Notes under the pieces: model-generated
The model's input: the letters and a program-made list of their open reading frames with translations, nothing else
Told to the model about the DNA's origin: nothing
Database searches by the model: none
Shown here: positions 10,701 to 20,891 of the stretch, in pieces
Layout of the letters: each line of letters begins with the position of its first letter
How positions within the stretch are numbered: position 1 is the stretch's first letter
Translations under genes and position numbers: made by a program
Source of the DNA: Hyaloraphidium curvatum SAG 235-1
Lineage: Eukaryota > Fungi > Monoblepharomycota
Length of the DNA: 64,000 bases
Direction: 5' to 3'
NCBI GenBank assembly: GCA_025558095.1
Contig: JAIVFI010000001.1
Coordinates: forward strand, 620,001-684,000

Positions 10701-12151
10701 GAGCGAATCTCGAGACCGAGGTGCGACACATTGGGCGGAAAGTTCAAGACCAGATGCATGATCTCGTAAGGAATATCGGTACGCCCGTTCGTCGGCCGCA
10801 TGGCAAACTCCCGGAGGTTGGGAAGGGAGGACACCAAAGCAAATGCAAACGGAAGGAGCCACATGGCCTCGATGTCGGTTCCAACCCTGATCAGGACCGA
10901 AACGATCTTCTCGCGCATAACGTCGTCGCCGAAGCACTTGCGCGCACTGCCCAGCATTAGCGCGAAGGATTGCAGCTTTTTGAACGTATCATACTCGCCG
11001 CCCGCGCATGTCGAGGCTGCCGGAGAAGCGTTGGCTGACGACGAGGAGCCCTGCGATGCGCCAGTCCCAGTTGACACAGGAATACTCAACTAAAGTCCTT
11101 GTTTTGCCGATGGGAACCAGAAAACGCATAAGGCTGGCCACGACCTCCGGCGGGAGGCGCGGCACCGGCGTTGCAGGCTCGCCGTCGAGGACCCCGGCGG
11201 GATCGTCGACAATCCACGCGCGAACGACGTTCGCATTGCCACAGCACGGCAACGGGATGCTTGGCGATCCCGCGGATGCACGCCACGCCGTTTCGTCCGG
11301 TCGGTCAAAGGCGCGGCGCAGGTCGAAGCTCTGAACCATGGCATCAATCGCGGGTTTGAAATGTTGCACCGCATCGTGGTACGAAATCTTTACGATCACC
11401 ATCGCGCTTCCGGGTGCAAGCTGGTTGATGTCCGCGTCACTGATATCCCTGAAGCTGATGGGCACGGGCGTAGGTCCGTCCATCGCATTGAGCAGCGCAT
11501 TCACCATAGCGGCCTTCGTGGTTTTGGGAGCATAGCCTTCCACGGAGACTTTGATGGCCAGAACTGAGGCTTCCTCGCGGAGATCAGGGCTGCACTGGAT
11601 GAACGAGCCGCATTCTCGAGCAGCGGCACTAACTAGAAGCGCCTCCTCCCAGGTGTCGACGATAATATGGAAGCTCCGGTGTTTCACCGTCGCTTTGTTG
11701 TAGAGGGCATCTGCACGGGAATCGATGCCCGAGAGCAGAGCGCCGAAGTTCTCCTTGGCCGCCGTCTGACCCATCTTCCACCTCTCTGTCGCGATGCGAC
11801 CCGTCGGATCAAGATTGTGCAAGGCAGAGTCGAATGTCCCCTTGCGCGGTTCCAAAAGGCGATTGCCATTGAGCACGATCCCGGCTGGCACGGCTGGCTG
11901 TGCCCCGTGATCCACGGTCGCCGCCGTCAGGGGCTCTCTTGGCCGTTCTGAACGAAAAGAGGGTTGTTCAATTCGATGCATTCAATTTGCTGATGCGAGG
12001 ATGACCTACGGGTCGCGGGGTTGCCGTTTCCGTAGCCTTGTCGCTTTTCACCGTCCGCCTGCTCATCGGCTGAACCGCGGCGCCAGGAATTGAAGCGCGC
12101 CGACGCCAGCTCGTAAAGACCACGAGCGGCGTCGGCGACGGTTGACCACAT
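10109..12151 (-). CDS. F-box-like protein with an uncharacterised N-terminal domain and leucine-rich C-terminal region
   Basis: Exon 1 MWSTVADAARG... splices (about 12009-11948) into the 10989-11981 frame. F-box-like LPPEVVASLMRFL...TLVEYSCVNWDWR. The frame change near 10990 needs a GC-AG intron (10998-10947) or a frameshift. Intron 10567-10505. LRR-like LPNLREF and LPNLETLGF. Confidence 0.6.
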
Positions 12152-12452
12152 GGGTGGGATTCTCTTCGCGTCTCGCGGCAGTGCAGCACGCCGTGAAGGG
12201 GGACAACGAGGGGGACGGGGCTGGGAAGCCGCTTCGCCATTCTGTCCGGCGCAGAGCAAAAAATTGCATGTGCTCGGAAGGCACTTAATCGTTTGAGTAG
12301 CATGGAACGGAGTGCGAAGGCGTGGTGCAGTGGTCCACGGCCGCTGGGTTGGGTTTGCGGCAAATCCGCAATCTCGCACCTCGGCTTGCCGTACCAAATA
12401 CCAGGACATCGTAGCTCGTCCCAGGGACCCTCACCATGCCGGTGCTCTTCAG

Positions 12453-12934
12453 GTCAAATGGCCTTTTGCTTTACCGTAGGCGCGTTGGCGGATCGCGGCG
12501 ACCTTTTCGAACAATGTACCACACGACACCAACAGAAAGCGAACCCAGCTACTTTCCGCTCTATTCAGGCCTCATTAGAGGAGGCAGGCCCCTCCCCGAC
12601 CAGGCTTCGCGCGCAGTTTGACCGCGCCGGTCCATACCTAACACAGACGTCCGAGGGCTTAGAACCGACTTAAAGAAGACACGGAGAGCCGCGGCCATTA
12701 TTTCTGCAGTCAATTTGCTCATACAGTGGCGCCAACGCGAGGTCCCGCGCCGGCGTCGTCGCGGCCCGCCATGGGGGATCAGCGCGCCAGACACGTCATG
12801 CTCGCCCCGTCCCGCCCCACCAAACGGGTCGCCTATATACATGAACAGCAATTGAGGCGCAAATGGCGAGCCTTCGTCCCCCGGCCCGCGCATGATTCGG
12901 CGACGCCTTCGCGTCAACAACCGGCAAGGGCTTG
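12453..12934 (+). repeat. Non-coding inverted repeat, left copy (promoter-like; partner 20009-20490)
   Basis: Colinear shared blocks tggccttttgctt, cacacgacacc, ctattcaggcctcatt, ggcccgccatgggggatcagc, tgctcgccccgtcccgcccc and a 42/42 identical block at 12893-12934. Confidence 0.92.
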
Positions 12935-12966
12935 ACGGACCGCCTCCGCTGTCTCCCAAACACAAC

Positions 12967-14448
12967 ATGTCCGACGAAATCGCGCGCCTCGGCGCCGTCG
13001 AGCTCGGCCGCCGCATTGCCGCCAAACAAGTCACCTCGGTGCAGGCCACCCGCGGGCTGCTGGACCGCATCGCCCTGCTCGACCCCCACATCCGTGCCTT
13101 CGCGGTGGTCGACGCCGATTCGGCGCTGCGCCGCGCCGCGGAGATGGACGCCGAGATCGCCGCCGGGAAATCCCGCGGGCCGCTGCACGGCGTGCCGATC
13201 GCGGTGAAGGACCTGTGCGACGCGGCGGGGTTGCCGACCGTGGCCGGCATGCCGCTTCGGCGTTCGTTGCCGCCGGCCGAAAAGGACTCGACCGTCGTCG
13301 CCCGCCTCAAAGGTACCCGATCTGCTTGATCGACACCTTGAGCCATGCTGACCATTGTTCTTTCGACAGATGCCGGCTGCGTGCTCCTCGGCAAGCTCCA
13401 GATGACCGAAGGCGCCTGCGCCGCGCACCACCGCCTCATCCCCAAGCCCGTCAACCCCTTCGACCCCACCCTCTGGACCGGCGCCTCCTCCAGCGGCTCC
13501 GGCGCCGGCACCGCCACCCTGCTGTGCTTCGCCTCCCTCGGCTCCGACACGGGCGGGTCGATCCGCTTCCCCTCGGCCGCGTGCGGGCTAACGGGGCTCA
13601 AGCCGACCTGGGGACGGGTCTCGAGGGCGGGCGTGTTCCCTTTGGCGCCGAGCCTGGACCACGTGGGGCCTATGTGCAGGAGCGCGGAGGACGCGGCGGC
13701 GGTGATGGCGGTCATTGCCGGGGAGGACGCGGACGACCCGACGGCGGAGAGGGTGCCGGTGCCGGATTACCTGGCCGAGATAGGCAAGGGCGTTGGCGGG
13801 ATGACGGTGGGGATTTGCCGCGGGCTGCTTCAGGGATGCGACGCGGACGTGCGGCGCGCAATCGAGGGCGCCGAGAAGGCGTTCAGGGAGCTCGGTGCGC
13901 GCGTGATTGACCTTGAGCTTCCCGACTTTCTCGGGCCGGCGCTGGACCACCGCCTCATGGTCTCCGCGGAGTGCGCCGCCGTGCACGCGGACGTGTACCC
14001 GCAGAGGAAGGCCGAGTACGGCCCGCTCGCCAAGTCGATCCAGGGCGCCGAGGGCAGGTCGGCAGCGGAGATGGCGGCGGTCAACGTGCGGCGGGCCGAC
14101 TTTACGGGGCTCATGGACCGCGCGCTGGCGACGGTCGACGTCGCTTTGATGCCCGTGCTCAACGACGCGACGGTGCCGCTCGCGGTGCTGCGTGGAAACT
14201 ACGATCCCGACGGGGCGGGCATGATGCTGCGCACGGCGCCGATCGACGTGGCGGGCGTGCCGAGCCTGACGGTCCCCGGCGGGTTCACGGCCAGCGGGGC
14301 GCCGGTGGGGTTCCAGATCGTCGCACGGAAGTGGGGCGAGGCCGAGGTGCTGCGGGCGGGGCACGCGTACCAGACGCGGACGGCATGGCACACAAGGAGG
14401 CCGGACTTGAAGTGGGTGCAAGATGCTGGGGTATCGGGGAAGCTGTGA
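12967..14448 (+). CDS. Amidase signature (AS) family amidase
   Basis: GPLHGVPIAVKD (catalytic Lys), GASSSGSG and GSDTGGSIRFPSAACGLTGLKPT. Intron 13313-13369. Confidence 0.93.
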
Positions 14449-14632
14449 GGTGCTCGACGGGGTTGGTGGACTTCTTAGCGTGAGCTTTGGAGGAAGTTGG
14501 GGGTTGTACGCAACTTTCGGCGGGGCAAAGTGTTTGGGAGTCGACGACGGTAGATAGATATTGAGGTACTCAGATGTTCAACAAGCAGTCTTCAGCAGTC
14601 TAACCGTGCCAGCGAAAGCCCCCCCAACCCGC

Positions 14633-15889
14633 TCAATGCCCCTCGGCGACCAGCATCTGGTACCTCCGCCTCGCGTACCCGTGCAGTGCGATCTCGTCCG
14701 CCAGCGCCTCCCTCACCGCCTTCCCCCTCGCCGGATCCAAACTCCCCTCCGGCGGCTCGGCCGGCACCACCGGGACCGGCGCCCACGGCACGTACTTTCC
14801 CCACGCGGCCGCGAACCCGGGGTCTCGCGGGTCCAGCGCGACGCAGTGGCCGAGGTTTAACGCGGCGCGGCAGATGTCCGGCCTGCCCGGCTGCCGCTTC
14901 GATGCCGGCGGGATCCAGGGGTGCGCCTCCGCGACGCCCGTCATCGTGCGGCCCAGGGTGCGGGGCAGGCGGAACCGCGCGGCCAGCCTGCGCTGCGCGG
15001 CTCGGAGGGTCGGAAGACCCCGGGCGTGCGGGTGCGGGGCGGGGGCATCTGGCAGCGCGGGGAGGAGGGATTCCGCGAGGCGGAGGAGGTCGGAGGGCGG
15101 GAGGCGCTCGTCGAGGAGGGCGCGGAGGTGCGGGAGGGAGAGGTTGCGCAGCGGGACGGGGGCGCCGCCGGGGACGACGAAGGGGGTGTGGCGGCGGTAC
15201 GAGGCAAGGAAGGCGTGCACGGGGTCGTGCAGGAAGACGATACAGGAGAAGTTGGAGGGGTGCTTCTGCGGGTCCAGGTGCTTGGCCCGCAGGACGGCCG
15301 AGAGGTCGTGCCACGACAGGTGGCCCGCCGCCAGCGCCAGGCGCCGCTGCTCGGCGTGGCTCAGCTCGTCGGCGGAGCAGAATCCCGGGACGGTGTAGTG
15401 CTTGCCGACACTAAGGGCATCCCTTTCAATAGAGCGTTCCAGTGCCGAGTAAGGACCCGGCGCCATCCTGTCCGCGCCGCACGGGTTCCCCCCGACGGCG
15501 TCTGCCAGCCGTTTTGCCCAACCAACGGGAGGGAGCGAGGGAATAAACGACAGCTCGTCCCCGCCACGGTGCGAGGCGGCGTAGGCGTGCAGGGCCGCCA
15601 CGACGGCGTCGCCGGCAGGATCGCCGGCCGGCGGGCAAAGGAAAAAGACCGGGTGGGCGGCCGACGGCGGCGGCACGTTGGACGGCGGCGAGCTCTTTGC
15701 CAGCCCGCGCTCCAGCTGGCCGAGGCACCGCCTGTCCGTCCGTTTCCCGCGCAGCCCGCGGGCGTTCAGGGCGTGCGGCGGCGTCCCGCTGCCCGGCGGC
15801 GGCGGCGCCGGTGACGTCAGCACGAGCACCAGCGAGATCAGCAGCGCGGTGATGACGCCCGCCGCGAGGGCCGGCGGCCGCGACCGCAT
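14633..15889 (-). CDS. Type II membrane protein, degenerate sulfotransferase-like
   Basis: N-terminal TM VITALLISLVLVL. VFFLCPPAG, AAGHLSW, IVFLHDPVHAFLASY and LADEIALHGYARRRY sit at the positions of Golgi sulfotransferase motifs, but the PAPS-binding residues are altered. Confidence 0.5.
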   Translation of the reverse strand: MRSRPPALAAGVITALLISLVLVLTSPAPPPPGSGTPPHALNARGLRGKRTDRRCLGQLERGLAKSSPPSNVPPPSAAHPVFFLCPPAGDPAGDAVVAALHAYAASHRGGDELSFIPSLPPVGWAKRLADAVGGNPCGADRMAPGPYSALERSIERDALSVGKHYTVPGFCSADELSHAEQRRLALAAGHLSWHDLSAVLRAKHLDPQKHPSNFSCIVFLHDPVHAFLASYRRHTPFVVPGGAPVPLRNLSLPHLRALLDERLPPSDLLRLAESLLPALPDAPAPHPHARGLPTLRAAQRRLAARFRLPRTLGRTMTGVAEAHPWIPPASKRQPGRPDICRAALNLGHCVALDPRDPGFAAAWGKYVPWAPVPVVPAEPPEGSLDPARGKAVREALADEIALHGYARRRYQMLVAEGH

Positions 15890-15995
15890 CCGGCGGGCGC
15901 GGCGGGCAAACACGGCGGCGACTGAGTCGCGCGTGATGAGGCGGCGGTGGACGCCATCCAAACAACCGCCCAAACACGGCGACGCCGGGTGACGG

Positions 15996-18116
15996 ATGCG
16001 GGCGGCGGCGGCGGCTGCACGCGTCTGCACGCGTTTCAATGCCGGAACATCAAAGGAGGCCGGCCTGCGGGCCCTGTCGGGGTCGCCCGCGGCCGCGATG
16101 CGACGTCTCTCGACGGCCACATCGGCCCCCTCCGGCGCCGCCCCGCACACGCCCGTGCTCGTCGTCGGCGGCGGCCCCGTCGGCTTCACGCTTTTCCTGC
16201 TGCTCGCACGCCTCGGCGTGCCGCCGCTGCTCGTCGAGCGCGGCACCGCCCCCACGCGCCACCCGCAGGCGCACTTCATAAACTGCCGCACGATGGAGAT
16301 CTTCAGGCTGCTCGGGCCGGACCCGGGAACCTCGCTGGAACGCCACATCCTCGCAGAGCAGCCGCCGCTGGATCAGTGGCGCACCTTCACCTACTGCACC
16401 GGCATGCTGCGTGGGACGGTGATCGGGCGGATTGACCACTTCGACCCCGCCAACGGGCAGCTGCCGCCACCGGACGCGTCACCTTCCGAGGTGGCACACT
16501 ACTCGCAGAACAGGCTGATGGGCCTGCTGTGGGACGAGGCGCGGCGCGTGTGCGGGGCCAAGGGGTGGCATTTCGGGACCCTTGCCGGCGAGGTCCCCAG
16601 GGCCGGAGTTGTGCTCGGGCAAGCTTTCGAGGGGCTGACGGACCACGGGGATGCCGTCGAGGCTCGGTTCCGGGCCATTTCGTCGCCGGGCGCCGCAAAC
16701 TCTATCGAGGGGGCGACCGACGGCTTCAACGCCGAAACGACGGTCACCGCCGGCGTGCTTGCCGCCTGCGACGGCGCCCACTCCGCCGTGCGTTCTGCAT
16801 TGGGCATCCAAGTGCAGGGGCAACCCGGCCTACAGCACCTCATCAACATCCACTTCCGCTCCCCCGAGCTCGGCCGCCGCCTCCTCGAGGCCGACGGCGG
16901 CAACCGCGCCTCGATGCTCTACTTCGTCTTCAACACCCGCGCCATCGCCGTCGTCGTCGCGCACGACCTCGCCCTCGGCGAGTTCGTTGCCCAAGTGCCG
17001 TACTACCCGCCGCACCAGCGGCCCGAGGACTTTTCCGAACCCCGCTGCCGCGACCTGGTCCTCGCCGCGGCCTTCGGCTCCTCCTCCCGGCCCGCGGAGC
17101 TGCCCGATCTGACCATCGAGACCGTCCGCCCCTGGACCATGTCGGCCCTCGTCGCGGAGCGCTACGCCGCCGGCCGCGCGGCCCTTGTCGGCGACGCGGC
17201 GCACCAGTTCCCGCCCGCGGGCGGGTTCGGCATGAACACGGGGGTCTGCGACGCGCACAACCTCGCGTGGAAGCTGGCGCTGCATTACCACCGCCGCGGG
17301 GAGCTGGGCGAGGACGGGCTGCGCGGGCTGCTGAGGAGCTACGACGCCGAGCGGAGGCCGGCGGCGAAGGAGGGCGCCGCGCTCTCCCTGCGCAACTTCA
17401 ACGCCGCGGTGGCGGTGCCCACCTCCCTGGGCCTCGACCCGCGGGGCGCCTCGCTGCTCTCCTCCGCGGCCTCGCTGGTGTCCAGGTTCGCGCCCGCCGG
17501 CGCAGCCAGCGCGCTGCTCGACTCGGCGATGGGCCTCGCCCGCGGGCTGGCGAGCGACGCCTTGCTGGACGAGAACACGGCGCTCGGCAGGGCGAGGTTG
17601 GCGGCCGCCAGGGGCGTGCTCAAGGGCGGCAAGAGCCTGCGGCTGCTTTTCCCCCGACAGGACCTCGGATTCGTCTATGGGCAGCCCGAGGGCGGGGAGG
17701 GGGGGATGGACTACGTGCCGAAATGGGAAGCGGGCGCGCGGTGTCCGCACGTAGAAATGCAGGTCGTCAGGGGGCCGGAGGGGGTGTCGAGCACGGTCGA
17801 TCTCGCGGCGGTCGGCGGAAAGGCCGAGTTGGTCGCGTTGTGCCGCTCCGAGGAGACCGTGCGCACGCTACGGAAGGCGGGGTGGGCGGTACCCGTCGTG
17901 GCGGTCAGGTTCCTGGGAGAGGGTGAGGATGCGGCAGGATCGGAGGCGGACGTGGTCGCCGTCGCGGCGGGGGGCTTGCCGGCCGAGGCGGTGCTGGTGC
18001 GACCCGACGGGCACATCCTGGCGGTGTCGCGGGGTGCTGGAGAGGGGGAGCTGGGGACGCTCATCGAGGCCGTGGCGCGGTACGTCGGCTCGCAAGGATC
18101 GGAGTCGGGACTCTAG
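15996..18116 (+). CDS. FAD-dependent aromatic monooxygenase (phenol-hydroxylase-like, FAD_binding_3)
   Basis: VVGGGPVG, AACDGAHS, LVGDAAHQFPPAGGFGMNTGVCDAHNLAWKL and C-terminal VLVRPDGHI. Ala/Arg-rich N-terminus resembles a mitochondrial presequence; the start could be 16098. Confidence 0.92.
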   Translation: MRAAAAAARVCTRFNAGTSKEAGLRALSGSPAAAMRRLSTATSAPSGAAPHTPVLVVGGGPVGFTLFLLLARLGVPPLLVERGTAPTRHPQAHFINCRTMEIFRLLGPDPGTSLERHILAEQPPLDQWRTFTYCTGMLRGTVIGRIDHFDPANGQLPPPDASPSEVAHYSQNRLMGLLWDEARRVCGAKGWHFGTLAGEVPRAGVVLGQAFEGLTDHGDAVEARFRAISSPGAANSIEGATDGFNAETTVTAGVLAACDGAHSAVRSALGIQVQGQPGLQHLINIHFRSPELGRRLLEADGGNRASMLYFVFNTRAIAVVVAHDLALGEFVAQVPYYPPHQRPEDFSEPRCRDLVLAAAFGSSSRPAELPDLTIETVRPWTMSALVAERYAAGRAALVGDAAHQFPPAGGFGMNTGVCDAHNLAWKLALHYHRRGELGEDGLRGLLRSYDAERRPAAKEGAALSLRNFNAAVAVPTSLGLDPRGASLLSSAASLVSRFAPAGAASALLDSAMGLARGLASDALLDENTALGRARLAAARGVLKGGKSLRLLFPRQDLGFVYGQPEGGEGGMDYVPKWEAGARCPHVEMQVVRGPEGVSSTVDLAAVGGKAELVALCRSEETVRTLRKAGWAVPVVAVRFLGEGEDAAGSEADVVAVAAGGLPAEAVLVRPDGHILAVSRGAGEGELGTLIEAVARYVGSQGSESGL

Positions 18117-18284
18117 ACTGGAGGTGCATAGAAGCTACAGAGGCGAATCTACTCTCGCGGCGCGCTCTCGGGGCGGGATCTCCTCCACTCCGTGTCCTTC
18201 GCGTCGAGAGCAGCTGCGTCAAATGCCGGTCGAAAGCCTCCATTGCCAGGTCAGCAGGCGTCGTCACTTGCGAGTCTGGGGATA

Positions 18285-19934
18285 TCACGTCTGGATCGGG
18301 CAAACCGATTGCACCGTGAACGCGACTCCCGCGCCCTTGAGCACACTCCACAGCCCGATCGCCAGCGTCAGCATCGTAACGAGGAAGGTCTTTGCCAGCC
18401 CCCAGGTGACAGGAACGCCTACAAAGGTCGCGCGCAGCCTCCCGACCTCCTCGAAGGTCTGGAGCAACCTCGCGTGCCCGAGGACCTGCTCTGCGACGGC
18501 GGCGCGGTCCGGATGCGGAGGAAGCTTGGCGGCCTGCGCGAGCAGGGAGTGGAGGGCCTGGCGGGCGCCGGCGTACAGCGTGGCGACGGCGTCGATCTGT
18601 GCGTTGGCCACGGGGAGGTGGAGGAGGTCGTTGAATGTCATCCAGACGAAGACGAGGGCGAAAATGACTGTGAAGAGTGGGATGCAGTTTCCGGTGGCCT
18701 GCGATGAAGACGCTCAGGTTACGGGCAACGGAGTCACCCAAACAAGATCCCCACGATGAAAATGACGATGGCGACAACGATCCCGATGGGGCCCAGGAAC
18801 GCGAGCAGGGTGATGAAATCAGAGGCTGACCTGTGAGACCGCTGCCAGATGGTGGTGTACCCGGCATGGAGTCGAGCATAAAGCTCTTCCAAGGAGCCCG
18901 CGGTCGGTGGGCGTGCTTGCGTCGGTGGTGGAGGTTCCAGCAGGTCGTGCTTCGCACGGAGCACGAGCGATGCCAGAGCGAGGGTCGACGCGCGGTGGTA
19001 GGCGCGCGTCTGGAGATTGGTGAGCACGATGCTCGGGGAATTCCAGCGGTTAAGTGACGCAGAGGCCATATACACAGCTATGGACACCACTGGTTGGTTG
19101 TACGCATAATGTCAGATTGCGAATCGCGCGCCAAACGGGCAACGTACTGAGAAGCGTTCCCAACAAGATGCCCCACCAAACAGACCATAAAGGTCCCTCG
19201 TAGTAAACCAGGGGTGTCCACGCCATTGCAATGAAGATGAAGCCTGTTAGGCAATGCATCGGGACCGTCCTCGCTACGTGCTCCCAAGGAAGCCATTTGG
19301 CGGTCCCCGTAAAGCAGGCTTCGCAGGTGCACAGGCCATCCCCCGACCTGTGTACGAGAAAGGGCGAGGTTCCGGTCTCGACGTCCTTGCTACTCCCCAC
19401 GAGCTCATGCCACCGTACTAGGACAGCGAGGAGTTCGGGCAACTGACTGCGGGGTTCAGGAACCCCGCGAAGCCTCACGTAGATAATTATCAAGATGCCG
19501 GTAGCACTGAGGTAGAGTTCGCACATGGCGACGAGGCCAGCGGCGATCTGGCCCGTGGCAAAGGTGCCGTCGTTGAGGGTCCAGATCGAGCAGTGCATGA
19601 CAATCAGCAGGGCGAACACGAACATGGCCTGGAAGAGGTAGGGACCTCTTGCAGTGAAAGGGGCGCAGTTCCAAATCAGCCGTTCCTGCCGTTCCAGCGA
19701 CCACATGCCGAGCGCGCGCAGGCAGTCCAGGAGCTCCTCATGGTCCGGGATCCCGGCTTCGGGCACGTCGGGCTCCGGAAGCAGCCGATCGGTGAACTCG
19801 TCGTCACGGGCTTGCGGGCGCGGAAAGACGACAGCCCACTCGGCAGCGGTGAGCGAGAACGGGGCAGGGCCGAAGGCGGGGCGTTCGTCCTCCATCGCGG
19901 GCCGGGCCGCGAGCTCGATCAAAGGCTCCGCCAT
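18285..19934 (-). CDS. Seven-TM membrane protein, candidate gustatory-receptor-like/DUF3537 (7TMIC) family
   Basis: Three exons (introns about 19147-19091 and 18754-18700) and seven hydrophobic segments. C-terminus is LRATFVGVPVTWGLAKTFLVTMLTLAIGLWSVL. The gene is well supported; the family call is inference. Confidence 0.6.
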
Positions 19935-20008
19935 GGCGCCTCCGCGGAAAAAGAGGTCCTTCTGCACGTCTCCCAGCTTCCCCGCAACCCGCCTTGGACG
20001 TTGCGCGG

Positions 20009-20490
20009 CAAGCCCTTGCCGGTTGTTGACGCGAAGGCGTCGCCGAATCAGGAGCGGAGCGGGGCACGAAGGCTTGCAAAATGCATCTCACTTCCTGTCT
20101 TTGTATCTAGGCGAATCGTTTGGCGGGGCGGGACGGGGCGAGCACGACATGTCAGGGTGCTGATCCCCCATGGCGGGCCAAGACGGCGGCGCTGCGCGAC
20201 CTCGCGTCGGGGAGACTGTAGCAGTTTAATGATAGCGAAAATAAGGATCATGGTCCTCTGTGTGTTCCTTGACTCGTGTCCTGGCTCTCGAAGGCCCGGC
20301 TTGGTGGGTGAGCCGGCGCGGCGAACTGCTCGCGAAGCCAATCCCGCGGAGGAGCCCGCCTCCTCCAATGAGGCCTGAATAGAACGGAAAGCAGCCGGGC
20401 TCGCTTTCTTCGGTGTCGTGTGAGGCGATGTTCGAAAAGGCCACCGCCGTTCCGCGAAACCCACTACGGCAAGCAAAAGGCCAATTAACC
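20009..20490 (-). repeat. Non-coding inverted repeat, right copy (partner 12453-12934)
   Basis: Its reverse complement aligns colinearly with 12453-12934. 20009-20050 is the exact reverse complement of 12893-12934. Confidence 0.92.
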
Positions 20491-20891
20491 ACTACACCAT
20501 GCGAACGGACCCACTCCCGGGGACCACACGACCCTTGTAGAAGCGGGATTAAAACAGAATGGCGTGGTTCACACGGCTTTGCGGCCGGAACTGGTTGCAG
20601 ACACGGAAAAGACGGCCCCGTCTGCCGTCCCCCTCGCCGCATCCCCTACCTCCCTCCTCCCGCACTGGCCCGCGACGAAGACAATCCCTCCCATCCGAAC
20701 TGAATCCAAGGAGCTGCATTTCATTCTCTCTCGGCCGGGAGCTTGCGTGGACCAGCTTCAGTTTCGGCTGTTGGACCGAGTGTCGACGACGGACGACAGC
20801 AAACAGAGCGTCGCTGGCGAGCAAACAGCAAAGAAAGAGAGCCGCGGGGCAACAAAGGATCGAGAATCGAGGACAAAGACGGTACCAAAGA

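Noticed and set aside
12459-12480. GGCCTTTTGC resembling U2 or U5 snRNA segments
   Set aside because: The flanking snRNA motifs (U2 GTGTAGTA branch-pairing region, Sm site) are absent.
12200-20650. Autonomous DNA transposon
   Set aside because: There is no transposase or recombinase ORF inside, no sharp outer termini and no identifiable target-site duplication.
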